DNA of 64,000 nucleotides from an uncultured Chloroflexia bacterium (GCA_963713975.1 OY970218.1:1824001-1888000); one strand, 5' to 3'. Counted from the first letter of the stretch, positions 28,557-38,292 are shown. Translations and numbers: made by a program. The notes: a model not told the origin generated them from the sequence alone.

Positions 28557-29368
28557 CGACCGACCTTCCCGCCTGGAGCGAGCCCTTCCTGATCGACAGG
28601 CGCGACGAGCTCGTCCGCCGCGGGCCCTGGGGCAGGGTGGACCGGACCTGGGCCTTCGGCGACGGCCTCGGGCGGGGACTGCGGGTCGCCGTCGTGGATT
28701 CCGGCGTGGAGGGATCCCACCCGGCACTGGGCGGCTCGCTCGTCCGGAGCGTGGCCGTGGAGCGGGACGGCGACGACTGGGAGGTCGTCGAGGTCGATGG
28801 CATCGATGTCGTCGGTCATGGGACGGCCAGCGCGGGGATCATCCACGCCCTGGTCCCCGAGGCGGAGCTGGTGTCGGTTCGCGTCCTCGGGCCGGACAAC
28901 CGCGGCAACGGGGGCGCGTTCGCCCGGGGCCTCCAGTGGGCCGTGGAGGCGTCGGGCGCCTCGGTCGTCAACCTCTCGCTGTCGTCCCGGAGCGATGCCT
29001 TCTTCGGGCAGCTCCACGAGCAGGCGGACCTCGCCTACTTCCGGAACGTGCTGCTCGTGTGTGCCGCCAACAACGCGTCCGTCGCCAGCTACCCGTCCCT
29101 GTTCGCGTCCGTCGTCTCCGTCGCGGCCCATGACGTGCCGAGCGCCGAGACCTGGTTCTACAACCCGGCCCCGCCCGTGGAGTTCGGGGCGTATGGGCTG
29201 AACGTGGACGTCGCGTGGCGCGGCGGGACGCGGATGGTGGTCACGGGCAACAGCTTCGCGGCGCCGCACATCGCCGGGTACGCGGCGCGGATCAGGAGCG
29301 CCCATCCCGGTCTCACGCCGTTCGAGACGAAGTCGATCCTGGCGGCCACCGCGGACAACGCGCGGTAG
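28553..29368 (+). CDS. Subtilisin-family (S8) serine peptidase, minimal, no signal peptide
   Basis: Triad VAVVDSG / GHGT / GNSFAAP, oxyanion AANN; GTGA coupling to the GAF gene. Confidence 0.92.
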   Translation: MTTDLPAWSEPFLIDRRDELVRRGPWGRVDRTWAFGDGLGRGLRVAVVDSGVEGSHPALGGSLVRSVAVERDGDDWEVVEVDGIDVVGHGTASAGIIHALVPEAELVSVRVLGPDNRGNGGAFARGLQWAVEASGASVVNLSLSSRSDAFFGQLHEQADLAYFRNVLLVCAANNASVASYPSLFASVVSVAAHDVPSAETWFYNPAPPVEFGAYGLNVDVAWRGGTRMVVTGNSFAAPHIAGYAARIRSAHPGLTPFETKSILAATADNAR

Positions 29369-29385
29369 GCGGGCTGGAATCGAAA

Positions 29386-29408
29386 CGGCCGGCCCAATGG
29401 GCCGGCCG
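29386..29408. terminator. Hairpin terminator between the S8 gene and the repeat-peptide gene
   Basis: CGGCCGGCCCA-a-TGGGCCGGCCG, followed by TTT on the minus strand. Confidence 0.6.
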
Positions 29409-29430
29409 CATGGTGGAGAACGAGTGCGGT

Positions 29431-29739
29431 TCAGCGCTCCCCGTGCGGGTTGTCGCCGGGCCCGCGGCGGATGACCTCGCCCTGGGTGGTGGGTCCGCCT
29501 CGGTAGAGCTCCTCGGGGCCCGTGTCATCACCGGCGAACGGCGCCTTGAGGCGATGACCCTCGACGTCGTCATCGCGGCGGGCGGCCCCCTCGACGTCGT
29601 CATCGCGGCGGGCGGCCCCCTCGCCCTCGTCGCGAGTCGCGCGGTGGCCCTCGACGTCGTCATCGCGGCGGGCGTCACCGCCCGTGCCCGGCATCGGCTG
29701 GCCGAGGAAGCCGTCCTGTCCCTGCTCGTCGCGCCTCAT
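29431..29739 (-). CDS. Small acidic repeat protein (RRDDDVEG[HA] repeats), putative precursor peptide
   Basis: 102 aa; GGGGAG RBS; own terminator; 10-aa repeats. Confidence 0.75.
   Translation of the reverse strand: MRRDEQGQDGFLGQPMPGTGGDARRDDDVEGHRATRDEGEGAARRDDDVEGAARRDDDVEGHRLKAPFAGDDTGPEELYRGGPTTQGEVIRRGPGDNPHGER
29558..29674. repeat. Four tandem 30-bp units (three near-identical, one degenerate) inside the repeat protein
   Basis: CCCTCGACGTCGTCATCGCGGCGGGCG at 29558, 29588, 29648; degenerate unit at 29618. Confidence 0.9.
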
Positions 29740-29826
29740 GGGTTGTCTCCCCGTGCACCTGGTGTCGTCGTATGTGACGTTAGGCCCACTCTAGACGGGC
29801 CGGATGTCATTCGTCGATAGCCTGGT

Positions 29827-30399
29827 TCACACCGCAGGTGTCGGCTTGACGACACCCTCGAGGGCGAGCAGCTCGCGCTTGACGGCCAGCGCCGCCTCGC
29901 GCCCGCCGAACGCGGCCACGCCGTACCCGCCCAGCGAGCCGTCACCCGCGATCACGCGATGGCACGGGATGAGCAGCCCGACCGGGTTGCGCCCCACGGC
30001 CCCACCGACCGCACGGGCCGCACCGGTTCTGCCGATCCGCCGCGCCACCTCGCCGTACGAGACGGTCTCGCCGCGGGGGATCGCGCGCACGGCGCCCAGG
30101 ACCAGGCGGTCCCATGCGGGCCGGTCGTCGATGTCGATCGGCAGGCTGCCCATGTCGACCGGCAGCCCATCGAGCATCCGGCGGATTGCCTCGGCCGCCC
30201 CGGCCGCGAGCTCCGCAGCCGGCGGCCCGGCGCGCTCCGGCGCGACCACGATCCCCCGTCGCGAGAGCCCGGCCAGGAACCCCTCTGCCGTTGAGAGCAG
30301 TCCGACGGCCGTCACGCCTCGGGGGGTGGCCGCCACGTGCACCGGCCCCCAGCCGGAAGCGACGTCGATCAGCGCAGCGTATGCATAGAACGTATTCAC
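29827..30399 (-). CDS. ogt: Methylated-DNA--protein-cysteine methyltransferase
   Basis: SYGEVA, ARAVGGAVGRNP, IPCHRV active site. Confidence 0.92.
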   Translation of the reverse strand: MNTFYAYAALIDVASGWGPVHVAATPRGVTAVGLLSTAEGFLAGLSRRGIVVAPERAGPPAAELAAGAAEAIRRMLDGLPVDMGSLPIDIDDRPAWDRLVLGAVRAIPRGETVSYGEVARRIGRTGAARAVGGAVGRNPVGLLIPCHRVIAGDGSLGGYGVAAFGGREAALAVKRELLALEGVVKPTPAV

Positions 30400-30409
30400 G
30401 TTGGAATAG

Positions 30410-30438
30410 TTGCACAGGCCGCGATGCCACGGCATACT
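30410..30438 (+). promoter_or_regulatory. Sigma70-type promoter for the dap leader
   Basis: TTGCAC-17 nt-CATACT. Confidence 0.6.
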
Positions 30439-30447
30439 GCCGGCGTC

Positions 30448-30531
30448 ATGTCGCACCACACCCTCGTCACGTTCGACGCCAGGAAGAAGCCTTGGCGGCC
30501 CAGCCGGAAGGCTCGGGCCCAGGGGCTCTGA
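30448..30531 (+). CDS. Putative lysine leader peptide MSHHTLVTFDARKKPWRPSRKARAQGL
   Basis: Lys codons AAG AAG and AAG, between the promoter and a terminator upstream of dapB. Confidence 0.55.
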   Translation: MSHHTLVTFDARKKPWRPSRKARAQGL

Positions 30532-30581
30532 CGGCGCGCGAGCGACGAGCACGGAGCCTCCGGGACCGGAGGCGCCGAAGG

Positions 30582-30617
30582 GGCCGCGATCACCACGAGC
30601 GGTGATGCGGCCTTTGT
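30582..30617 (+). terminator. Attenuator-type terminator before dapB
   Basis: GGCCGC-g-ATCACC-acgagc-GGTGAT-GCGGCC-TTTGT. Confidence 0.7.
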
Positions 30618-30671
30618 GATTCCCAGGCCTCCGCAACCGCGGCTCCCGACCAAGGAAGGGACGCCCGGATC

Positions 30672-31424
30672 ATGCGCATCCTGATCTACGGACCCGGCCG
30701 CCTGGGTGGCGCGATCGCCCATGCCGCCACCGGTGCGGGCTGGGCGGTCGACGTCATCGGCCGACCTGCGGCGGGCGGGGCCAGGACCCGGCCCCCCGTC
30801 GCGGACGTGGTCGTGGAGGCGTCCAGCGGCCCGTCGGTCGCCGCGAACCTCGAGCACGCTCTCGAGGCCGGCAACCGGTCGTTCGTTCTGGCCACCAGCG
30901 CCTGGGATGCGGACCTGCCGCGGGTGCGGGCGCTGCTGCTGGGCCATGGCGCCGCGGCGGTCATTGCGCCGAACCTGGCGCTGGGCGCTGCACTGTTCCT
31001 GCGCGTCGTCGAGACCGCCGCGGCCATGTATGGACGGGCCGGTGGGTTCGAGCCCTCGGTGGTCGAGTGGCACCGCCGCGGCAAGGCGGACCGGCCGTCC
31101 GGCACGGCCCGCACGATCGCGCGTCGGATCTCGGAGGCGGATCCGCGCTGGGCGGTGGCGGACGTCGCGGACGACCCCCGCCCGGCGCTCGAGATCGCGG
31201 GGATCCGTGCCGGAGCGGCTCCGGGGACCCACCTCGTGACCTTCGACGGCCCCGGTGAATCAGTGGAGCTGCGGCTGACGGCACGTGACCGCGCCGCCTA
31301 TGCCGACGGGGCTCTCGCAGCAGTGCGCTGGCTCGCCCGGGAGCCCCGTGGTCCCGGTTTCCACCCGTTCGACGCCGTCGTGGACGACCTCCTCGCGGCA
31401 TCGCCGATAGCCATTCCGGCCTGA
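30672..31424 (+). CDS. dapB: 4-hydroxy-tetrahydrodipicolinate reductase
   Basis: GPGRLG, EWHRRGKADRPSGTA; operon context. Confidence 0.85.
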   Translation: MRILIYGPGRLGGAIAHAATGAGWAVDVIGRPAAGGARTRPPVADVVVEASSGPSVAANLEHALEAGNRSFVLATSAWDADLPRVRALLLGHGAAAVIAPNLALGAALFLRVVETAAAMYGRAGGFEPSVVEWHRRGKADRPSGTARTIARRISEADPRWAVADVADDPRPALEIAGIRAGAAPGTHLVTFDGPGESVELRLTARDRAAYADGALAAVRWLAREPRGPGFHPFDAVVDDLLAASPIAIPA

Positions 31425-31455
31425 CGACCGGTCACCACCAGCAGAGGAGCTCCCG

Positions 31456-32445
31456 ATGACCCGCCTGACCCCCGCCATCGCCCCCGAGCCTGACCGGCCC
31501 ACGCCACGGCTGCGTGGCGCCTTCACGGCCCTGGTCACCCCCTTCACCGCCGCCGGCGACGTCGACGAGGCCGCCTACCGCCGCCTCGTCACGTGGCAGC
31601 TGCTGGCGGGCATCGACGGCCTCGTCCCGGTCGGGACCACGGGTGAGTCACCCACGCTGTCCGCCGCGGAACGGGACCGGTGCATCGAGATCGCGGTGAC
31701 GGCCGCTGCAGAACACGGTGGCCGCATCCCCGTCATCGCCGGTACCGGCTCCAACGACACGCGGTCCTCGATCGAAGCGACCCGGCGCGCTGCGGCCCTC
31801 GGCGCAGACGCCGCGCTGATCGTGACGCCGTACTACAACAAGCCCGACCAGCGGATGCTCGACGCCCACTTCCGGGCGATCGCCGATGACGGTGACCTGC
31901 CGATCGTGGTCTACAACGTGCCGGGCCGGACTGGCGCCAACGTGGAGGCCGAGACGTTCCTGCGGCTCGCGGAGCACCCGCGCGTGATCGCGGTCAAGGA
32001 GGCGAGCGCCAACATCGAGCAGATCGCTGTCATCTGCCGGGATCGACCACGGGACGTGGCCGTGCTCTCGGGCGACGACGCCGCGACGCTGGCCGTCCTG
32101 GCGATGGGCGGCGACGGCGTCATCTCCGTGGCGGGTAACCAGGTGCCGGGCGAGGTTGCGGCGATGGTCGCGGCCGCGCTCGCCGGCCGCTGGAAGGAGG
32201 CACGGACGCTCCACGAGCGCTACCTGCAGCTGTTCCGAGCCAACTTCCAGGGTGCCCCGAACCCCGTGCCCGCGAAGGCGGCGATGCTGGCGATGGGCCT
32301 GCTCGAGGACGACACGCTGCGCGCTCCACTGCTGCCCCTTGCGCCGCCGCCGCGGGAGTGCCTCACGGCTCTCCTGCGGGGGCTTGGGCTCGTCGACGGC
32401 GGCGGGCGCGAGCCGGTCGCGGCCCAGGCAGAGGCGGCCGCATGA
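31456..32445 (+). CDS. dapA: 4-hydroxy-tetrahydrodipicolinate synthase
   Basis: GTTGESPTL, PYYNKP, YNVPGRTG, KEAS, SGDD. Confidence 0.95.
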   Translation: MTRLTPAIAPEPDRPTPRLRGAFTALVTPFTAAGDVDEAAYRRLVTWQLLAGIDGLVPVGTTGESPTLSAAERDRCIEIAVTAAAEHGGRIPVIAGTGSNDTRSSIEATRRAAALGADAALIVTPYYNKPDQRMLDAHFRAIADDGDLPIVVYNVPGRTGANVEAETFLRLAEHPRVIAVKEASANIEQIAVICRDRPRDVAVLSGDDAATLAVLAMGGDGVISVAGNQVPGEVAAMVAAALAGRWKEARTLHERYLQLFRANFQGAPNPVPAKAAMLAMGLLEDDTLRAPLLPLAPPPRECLTALLRGLGLVDGGGREPVAAQAEAAA

Positions 32446-33224
32446 GCGAGGACGCGACCGCGGCCGCCCCGATCCTGGGCGACCTCGACGCGGGGCAACG
32501 CCGGGCGGCCGTCCCGGATCCCGACGTGCCGGGCGGCTGGAGGACCGACCCGGAGGTCAAAGCCGAGATCCTGGCCTGCTTCCGGGACCGTGAGACGGCC
32601 ACCTGGGACCTGGGCGGCGTGCTGCGGTTTCGGGACCGCGTCGGGCTCCCCGTCAAGGACCTGACCGAAGGCCCGTGGCGCATTGTCCCCGGCGGGACCT
32701 CTGTTCGGGCCGGCGTCTACCTGGGCCCGGGCGTCGTGGTCATGCCGCCGTCGTTCGTCAACGTCGGTGCGTGGATCGGCGAGGACACCATGGTGGACTC
32801 GCACGTGCTCGTGGGTTCGTGCGCCCAGATCGGTGCCAGGGTCCACCTCTCTGCGGGCGTCACCATCGGTGGGGTCCTGGAGCCGGCCGGCGCGCGCCCC
32901 GTGATCGTGGAGGACGATGCGTTCGTGGGCGCCGGCAGCTCGCTCCTCGAAGGCGTGCTGGTGGGCGGGGGAGCCGTCATCGGGGCGGGCGTGTTCCTGA
33001 CCGGAACCTCGCGCCTGTACGACCTGGTTCGCGGACGCGTGCTGACGGGCACGCCCGGGGAACCCCTCGCCGTTCCGCCGGGTGCCGTGGTGGTTCCCGG
33101 GTCGCGTACCCTCGGCGGGGAGTTTGCCGCGGCCAACGGCCTGGCCGTCTCCGTGGCGCTCCTGGTCAAGGACCGCGACGCCGGGACGGACGCCCGGGTC
33201 GCCCTGGAGGATGCGCTGCGATGA
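32442..33224 (+). CDS. dapD: Tetrahydrodipicolinate N-succinyltransferase
   Basis: MPPSFVNVGA, VGSCAQIG..VHLSAGV.IGGVLEP hexapeptide repeats. Confidence 0.92.
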   Translation: MSEDATAAAPILGDLDAGQRRAAVPDPDVPGGWRTDPEVKAEILACFRDRETATWDLGGVLRFRDRVGLPVKDLTEGPWRIVPGGTSVRAGVYLGPGVVVMPPSFVNVGAWIGEDTMVDSHVLVGSCAQIGARVHLSAGVTIGGVLEPAGARPVIVEDDAFVGAGSSLLEGVLVGGGAVIGAGVFLTGTSRLYDLVRGRVLTGTPGEPLAVPPGAVVVPGSRTLGGEFAAANGLAVSVALLVKDRDAGTDARVALEDALR

Positions 33225-34534
33225 ACCAGGTCCTGCGCGACGGACGGCTCGGCGGGCACGACCCGTTCGAGCTTGCCGGCCGCTTCGGGACGCCGTTCTA
33301 TGCCTACGATCTCGACGTCGTCACGGGCAAGGCCGACGCCCTCCGCGCGATCCTGCCCGGGACCTTCGATCTCGCCTACGCGGCCAAGGCCAATCCCAAC
33401 CTCGCCGTCCTGCGCCATCTCCAGGGGCTTGGCCTCGGAGCCGACGTCGCGTCCGGCGGCGAGTTGCGCCACGTCCTGCGAGCCGGGTTCGCTCCGGATC
33501 GGGTCGTGTTCACCGGACCCGGCAAGCGCGACGAGGAGCTCGAGGCGGCCGTCCGGACGGGCGTCGGGATCATCACGGTGGAGTCGCGCGGGGAGCTGCG
33601 GCGGCTCATGGCCATCGCCGAATCGCTAGGCCGCCGCCAACCGATCCTGCTGCGGGCCGCCCTGTCCGAGCCCGCCGCAACCGAGCGCGCCGGGCTCGGG
33701 CGGGCGAGCGCCCCCGGCGTGGGCATCACGGGCAAGTTCGGGATGGACGCGGAGGATCTCGTCGGGGCCGCTGCAGAGGCGGTCGCGTCGCCCTGGCTGG
33801 AGCCGCTGGGCATCCACGCGTTCGGCGCGTCCAACGTGACCGACGCGGCGGCCCTGGCGAAGCACGTGGAATCCACCGTCGAGACCGCGATCGCCGTCGC
33901 GGAGACGGCAGGTTTCGAGCTGCGCCTTGTCGATGTGGGCGGGGGACTTGGGATCCCCTACGCGGACGGCGACCCGGAGCTCGATCTCCGGTCGCTGGGC
34001 GTGTGCCTCGCCCGCCTCGCCGACCGGCTGGCGGCCTCTCCAGCCACGCGCTCCGTGCGTGTGCTGTTCGAACCGGGACGGTTCCTCGTCGGCGCATCAG
34101 GGGTGTTCGTCGCCCGGGTCGTCGATCGCAAGATGATCGATGGCCACCCGGTCGCGATCCTGGACGGCGGCATCAACCACGTGCTTCGCCCGGTCCTGGT
34201 CGGCCGGGAGCAGCGCGTTGTCATGCTCACGGGGGCCGGCTCAGAGGCGGCACCCGGCTCGGTATCGGCATCCCCGGTCATGATCGCGGGCCCTCTGTGC
34301 ACCGGGCTTGACGTGTTCGCCCAGGCCGCCGCCATCGTCCCGCCCGATCCCGGCGACCTCGTCGCGGTCCTCGATGTCGGGGCCTACGGAGCAAGCGAAT
34401 CGATGCCGTTCTTCCTCTCCCACCCGCTGCCGCCCGAGATCGTGCTCCAGGGCGGCGAGGCCTGGGTGGCGCGCCGGCGGATCGATCCGGACACGTGGCT
34501 CGAGTGGCAGGAGGGCGAGCCACCCGGGGCATAA
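33221..34534 (+). CDS. lysA: Diaminopimelate decarboxylase (fold-type III PLP)
   Basis: YAAKAN, DVASGGE, KFG, DVGGG, EPGRFLV, GPLC, GAYG; ends the dap operon. Confidence 0.8.
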   Translation: MNQVLRDGRLGGHDPFELAGRFGTPFYAYDLDVVTGKADALRAILPGTFDLAYAAKANPNLAVLRHLQGLGLGADVASGGELRHVLRAGFAPDRVVFTGPGKRDEELEAAVRTGVGIITVESRGELRRLMAIAESLGRRQPILLRAALSEPAATERAGLGRASAPGVGITGKFGMDAEDLVGAAAEAVASPWLEPLGIHAFGASNVTDAAALAKHVESTVETAIAVAETAGFELRLVDVGGGLGIPYADGDPELDLRSLGVCLARLADRLAASPATRSVRVLFEPGRFLVGASGVFVARVVDRKMIDGHPVAILDGGINHVLRPVLVGREQRVVMLTGAGSEAAPGSVSASPVMIAGPLCTGLDVFAQAAAIVPPDPGDLVAVLDVGAYGASESMPFFLSHPLPPEIVLQGGEAWVARRRIDPDTWLEWQEGEPPGA

Positions 34535-34617
34535 TCACCCGAGGGGCCGGGGCACCCCCGATGGTGGCTCGACCCGGACCGCCCGGTCCTCCCGGGAGCA
34601 CTGAAGGGCGAGGGTTG

Positions 34618-35556
34618 ATGGGGCGCCGCTACGCGATGCGACTGCGCAGGCCGCGGTTCCGTGGCCTCCGGACGCCCGTGGACCTGCCCGAGCACAGCGT
34701 GCGTCGACTGGTGCTCCTCGGGGTCGCGGCGGCCGTGCTCCTGGTCCCGATCTGGGCCTGGACGACCCAGACGGCCCTGGGCCAGCGGGTCGGCGACCTG
34801 ATCCTGTTCGGGCGACTCTATGCCGATCCGGAGGCGGTGGGCCTCGCGGGCGGGGCGCTGGCATCGGTCAGCCTCCCCGCGGCGGCCCTGGCGACCATCG
34901 GGCTCGCCGCCCTGGGGCTCGTCCGTGGTGGCTTCGGGCTCGCGGTCGCCGTCGCGATCGTCATCGTGGGGCCCAACCTCACGTCGCAGGTCCTCGATGG
35001 CCTGCTCGAGCGGCCCAACCTCCTCGGGACCGCGGCCTACGCGACCGGCAACAGCTTCCCCAGCGGGCACGTCACGCTTGCGGCCTCCCTCGGCCTGGCC
35101 TGCGTCCTGGTGGTTCCACGCCGCCTGCGGACCCCACTAGCCCTCCTCGCCGCTGCGCTGGTGGCGGCGGTCGGCGTGAGCACCGTCACCGCCGGCTGGC
35201 ATCGCCTGGGCGACGTCGTGGGGGCGATCCTCATTGCCCTTGCCTGGGCGTGCATCGTCACCGCGGTCCTCGTTCGTGTCCAGGGATGGATGCCGCGCAG
35301 GTCGTGGGGACGCGGGCGGGGTGGCGGCGTCGTGACGGTGGCGTGGCTGCTGGGCGGTGCGGCGGTGTTGGCCGGGATCGCCGGGATGACCCTGTCCGCC
35401 ATCGACCCCGCCCCGATCGGCGATGCCATCGCCGCGAGCGCAACCGAGCCCCGCAGGTTGTTCGACGCCATCGTCGTCTCGCTCGGATCCGCGCTGATCG
35501 CCTGTTTCGCGTATGTCTGGGGCATGCGGGGGGTTGCGCTCGAGAGCCCGCGCTGA
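34618..35556 (+). CDS. PAP2-family membrane phosphatase
   Basis: ERP, NSFPSGH, GWHRLGDV. Confidence 0.85.
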   Translation: MGRRYAMRLRRPRFRGLRTPVDLPEHSVRRLVLLGVAAAVLLVPIWAWTTQTALGQRVGDLILFGRLYADPEAVGLAGGALASVSLPAAALATIGLAALGLVRGGFGLAVAVAIVIVGPNLTSQVLDGLLERPNLLGTAAYATGNSFPSGHVTLAASLGLACVLVVPRRLRTPLALLAAALVAAVGVSTVTAGWHRLGDVVGAILIALAWACIVTAVLVRVQGWMPRRSWGRGRGGGVVTVAWLLGGAAVLAGIAGMTLSAIDPAPIGDAIAASATEPRRLFDAIVVSLGSALIACFAYVWGMRGVALESPR

Positions 35557-35566
35557 GACCGGCAGG

Positions 35567-35606
35567 TTGCCTGGTGGCGCCGTGCTGGTATACTCCCCCC
35601 TAGTAT
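35567..35606 (+). promoter_or_regulatory. copA promoter with CsoR/RcnR-type operator
   Basis: TTGCCT..TATACT promoter overlapped by ATACT-CCCCCC-T-AGTAT. Confidence 0.65.
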
Positions 35607-38292
35607 GACGTCCCTACCCGATGCGCCCCAACCCATCGAGATCATCCTGCCCATCGAGGGCATGACCTGCGCGTCGTGCGTCAACCGCATCGAGCGCTTC
35701 CTCAAGAAGACGCCGGGGGTCGCGGACGCCGCGGTGAACCTGGCGACCGAGAAGGCGACGATCACGGTCGATCCGGCGCTCGCCGGTCGCGACGAGCTGG
35801 TGAAGGCCGTGGAGTCCGCCGGCTACGAGGTCAAGGCGGAGGCCGTCCCTGTCGAGGGTGCCGTCGCAGCCTCCCTCGGGGACGAGATCACGGCCGAGGA
35901 CATCGAGCGCGAGCGAGCCCAGCGCCAGACGCTCCTCCAGGCCCTGGTCGCCATCGGGGCGTCGCTGCTGTTCATGGTCCTGATGTTCACGCCCCAGACC
36001 CTGGTGGCGATGACGGACCTCAACAAGCTGATCCTGTGGCCCGCGACCTTCATCCAGTTCTGGGCGGGCGGCCGCTTCTACCGGGCGGCATGGCGGGCCG
36101 GTCGCCATGGCGGTGCCACGATGGACACCCTGGTCGCCGTCGGCACGAGCGCCGCCTGGGGCTACTCCGTGTTCGTGACGATGTGGCCAGGGGTGATCCA
36201 CCAGGCCGGCCTGCACCCGGAGACGTACTTCGACTCGGCGTCGATCATCCTGGGGCTGATCCTGCTGGGCAAGTGGCTGGAGACGCGTGCCAAGGGCCGT
36301 ACGACCGGGGCGATCCGGCGGCTCGTCGGGCTGCAGGCGACGACCGCGCGCCGGATCCGCGACGGGGTGGACGAGGACGTGGAGCTCGCCCTGGTCATGG
36401 TGGGCGACCTGCTCCGCGTGCGCCCCGGCGACAAGGTCCCGGTCGACGGCGTGGTCGTCGATGGCATGTCCGCCGTGGACGAGTCGATGCTCACCGGCGA
36501 GCCGATCCCTGCCACGAAGTCCACGGGCGACGAGGTGATCGGCGCCACCCTCAACACGACCGGCTCGTTCGTGATGCGGGCGACGCGCGTCGGCCGGGAC
36601 ACGGCTCTCGCGCGGATCGTGGAGCTGGTCCAGCGGGCCCAGGGGTCGAAGGCCCCGATCCAGCGCCTCGCGGACCAGATCAGCGCCGTGTTCGTGCCGG
36701 TCGTCCTCATCATCGCGGCCGCGACATTCGCCATCTGGTTCGTGTTCGGGCCGGAGCCCCGCTTCACCCTGGCGCTCACGGCCTTCATCGGCGTCGTGAT
36801 CATCGCCTGCCCGTGCGCGATGGGCCTGGCCACCCCGACGGCCATCATGGTCGGGACGGGCAAGGGGGCCGAGGCCGGGATCCTGGTCCGTGGCGGCGAG
36901 GCGCTCGAGGCCGCGGGCCGGATCGACACGGTCGTGCTCGACAAGACCGGCACCCTCACCCTCGGGCGGCCCGCAGTCACGGCGATCATCGCGGCGGCGG
37001 GCTTCGACGAGGCACGGGTCCTGGACATGGCTGCCGCGCTGGAGACCGGCTCGGAGCATCCGCTGGGCGAGGCGATCGTGCGCAAGGCGCGCGAGGCGGA
37101 GCTCGGCTTCGGCAAGGTCGACGGGTTCGAGGCGGTCGTGGGCCGCGGCGTGCGTGGGTCCATCGACGGCGCAGACATCATCGTGGGTAGCCGCCGCATG
37201 CTGGAGGAGCTAGGCGTTGACCTCGCCGCGCTCCTTGACCCCGCGGACGGGATCGCTGCCGACGGTGGGACCGTGGTCTTCGTCGCGATTGACGGCCTGG
37301 TGGCCGGCATGGTCGCCATCACGGACCCGGTCAAGGCCGAATCCGCGGAGGCAGTGCGTGACCTGCGGGCATCGGGCCTCGATGTCTGGCTGCTGACCGG
37401 CGACGCGCGCGCGACCGCCGAGGCCGTCGCCCGCCAGGTCGGCATCGCGCTTGACCATGTCATCGCCGAGGTCCTGCCGGGCGACAAGGACGCCACCGTC
37501 GAGCGCCTCCAGGCCGAGGGACATCGGGTGGCCATGGTGGGCGACGGCATCAACGACGCGCCGGCGCTCGCCCGGGCGGACCTGGGGGTCGCGATCGGAA
37601 CCGGCGCGGACGTTGCGATCGAGGCGTCCGACATCACGCTCGTGGGCGGTGACCCGCGGCTCGTCGGCTCGGCCATCGCGCTGTCCCAGGCCACGATCCG
37701 GGTGATCCGGCAGAACCTGTTCTGGGCGTTCGCCTACAACGTGCTCCTGATTCCTATCGCGATGGGGGTGCTGTACCCGGCATTCGGCGTCACGATCAAT
37801 CCCGCCCTGGCCGCGGCAGCGATGGCGCTGTCCTCGGTGAGCGTGGTCACCAACTCGCTCCGGCTGCGCGGCGTCGATGTCCGACCGGGCCATGTCACCC
37901 AGCTCCGGCGCGGTCCCTTGGGGTTCGCCAGGGACGCGACGTTCCTGCTGATCATCGCCGTTATCGGCCTGGCGCTGGCCGGCGGCGTGCTGGCGGCGGA
38001 CCGGGCCGTGAACTCGAGCCTTCCCAAGGTCGTGGTTGTGGCGGGCGCCGATGGCACCAGCCCGGCCGACCTGACGGTTCGTGCGGGCGAGTGGACGCTC
38101 GTCCAGTTCGTCAACGAGGACAGCGTGGTGCGGGAGTGGATGATCGACGGGGTGCCGAACCTGGACGTTGTGGCCCGGCCCGGGCAGACCGCGGACCTGC
38201 GCTTCGTCCTGGACAGGCCCGGGACCTTCATGATCATGAGCGGCCCTGCCGGAGAGGGCGAGATGGCCGGTACCCTGGTCGTCACGCCATGA
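35605..38292 (+). CDS. copA: Cu(I)-translocating P1B ATPase with C-terminal cupredoxin-like extension
   Basis: [32 protein letters not shown] and MALSS. Confidence 0.95.
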   Translation: MTSLPDAPQPIEIILPIEGMTCASCVNRIERFLKKTPGVADAAVNLATEKATITVDPALAGRDELVKAVESAGYEVKAEAVPVEGAVAASLGDEITAEDIERERAQRQTLLQALVAIGASLLFMVLMFTPQTLVAMTDLNKLILWPATFIQFWAGGRFYRAAWRAGRHGGATMDTLVAVGTSAAWGYSVFVTMWPGVIHQAGLHPETYFDSASIILGLILLGKWLETRAKGRTTGAIRRLVGLQATTARRIRDGVDEDVELALVMVGDLLRVRPGDKVPVDGVVVDGMSAVDESMLTGEPIPATKSTGDEVIGATLNTTGSFVMRATRVGRDTALARIVELVQRAQGSKAPIQRLADQISAVFVPVVLIIAAATFAIWFVFGPEPRFTLALTAFIGVVIIACPCAMGLATPTAIMVGTGKGAEAGILVRGGEALEAAGRIDTVVLDKTGTLTLGRPAVTAIIAAAGFDEARVLDMAAALETGSEHPLGEAIVRKAREAELGFGKVDGFEAVVGRGVRGSIDGADIIVGSRRMLEELGVDLAALLDPADGIAADGGTVVFVAIDGLVAGMVAITDPVKAESAEAVRDLRASGLDVWLLTGDARATAEAVARQVGIALDHVIAEVLPGDKDATVERLQAEGHRVAMVGDGINDAPALARADLGVAIGTGADVAIEASDITLVGGDPRLVGSAIALSQATIRVIRQNLFWAFAYNVLLIPIAMGVLYPAFGVTINPALAAAAMALSSVSVVTNSLRLRGVDVRPGHVTQLRRGPLGFARDATFLLIIAVIGLALAGGVLAADRAVNSSLPKVVVVAGADGTSPADLTVRAGEWTLVQFVNEDSVVREWMIDGVPNLDVVARPGQTADLRFVLDRPGTFMIMSGPAGEGEMAGTLVVTP

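Noticed and set aside
29558-29674. 30-bp repeats as a CRISPR array
   Set aside because: Repeats are contiguous with no unique spacers, are in-frame in a CDS, and no cas genes are present
30440-30670. Lysine riboswitch or T-box before dapB
   Set aside because: Could not find the L-box core or the T-box UGGNACC sequence by eye; not formally excluded without Infernal
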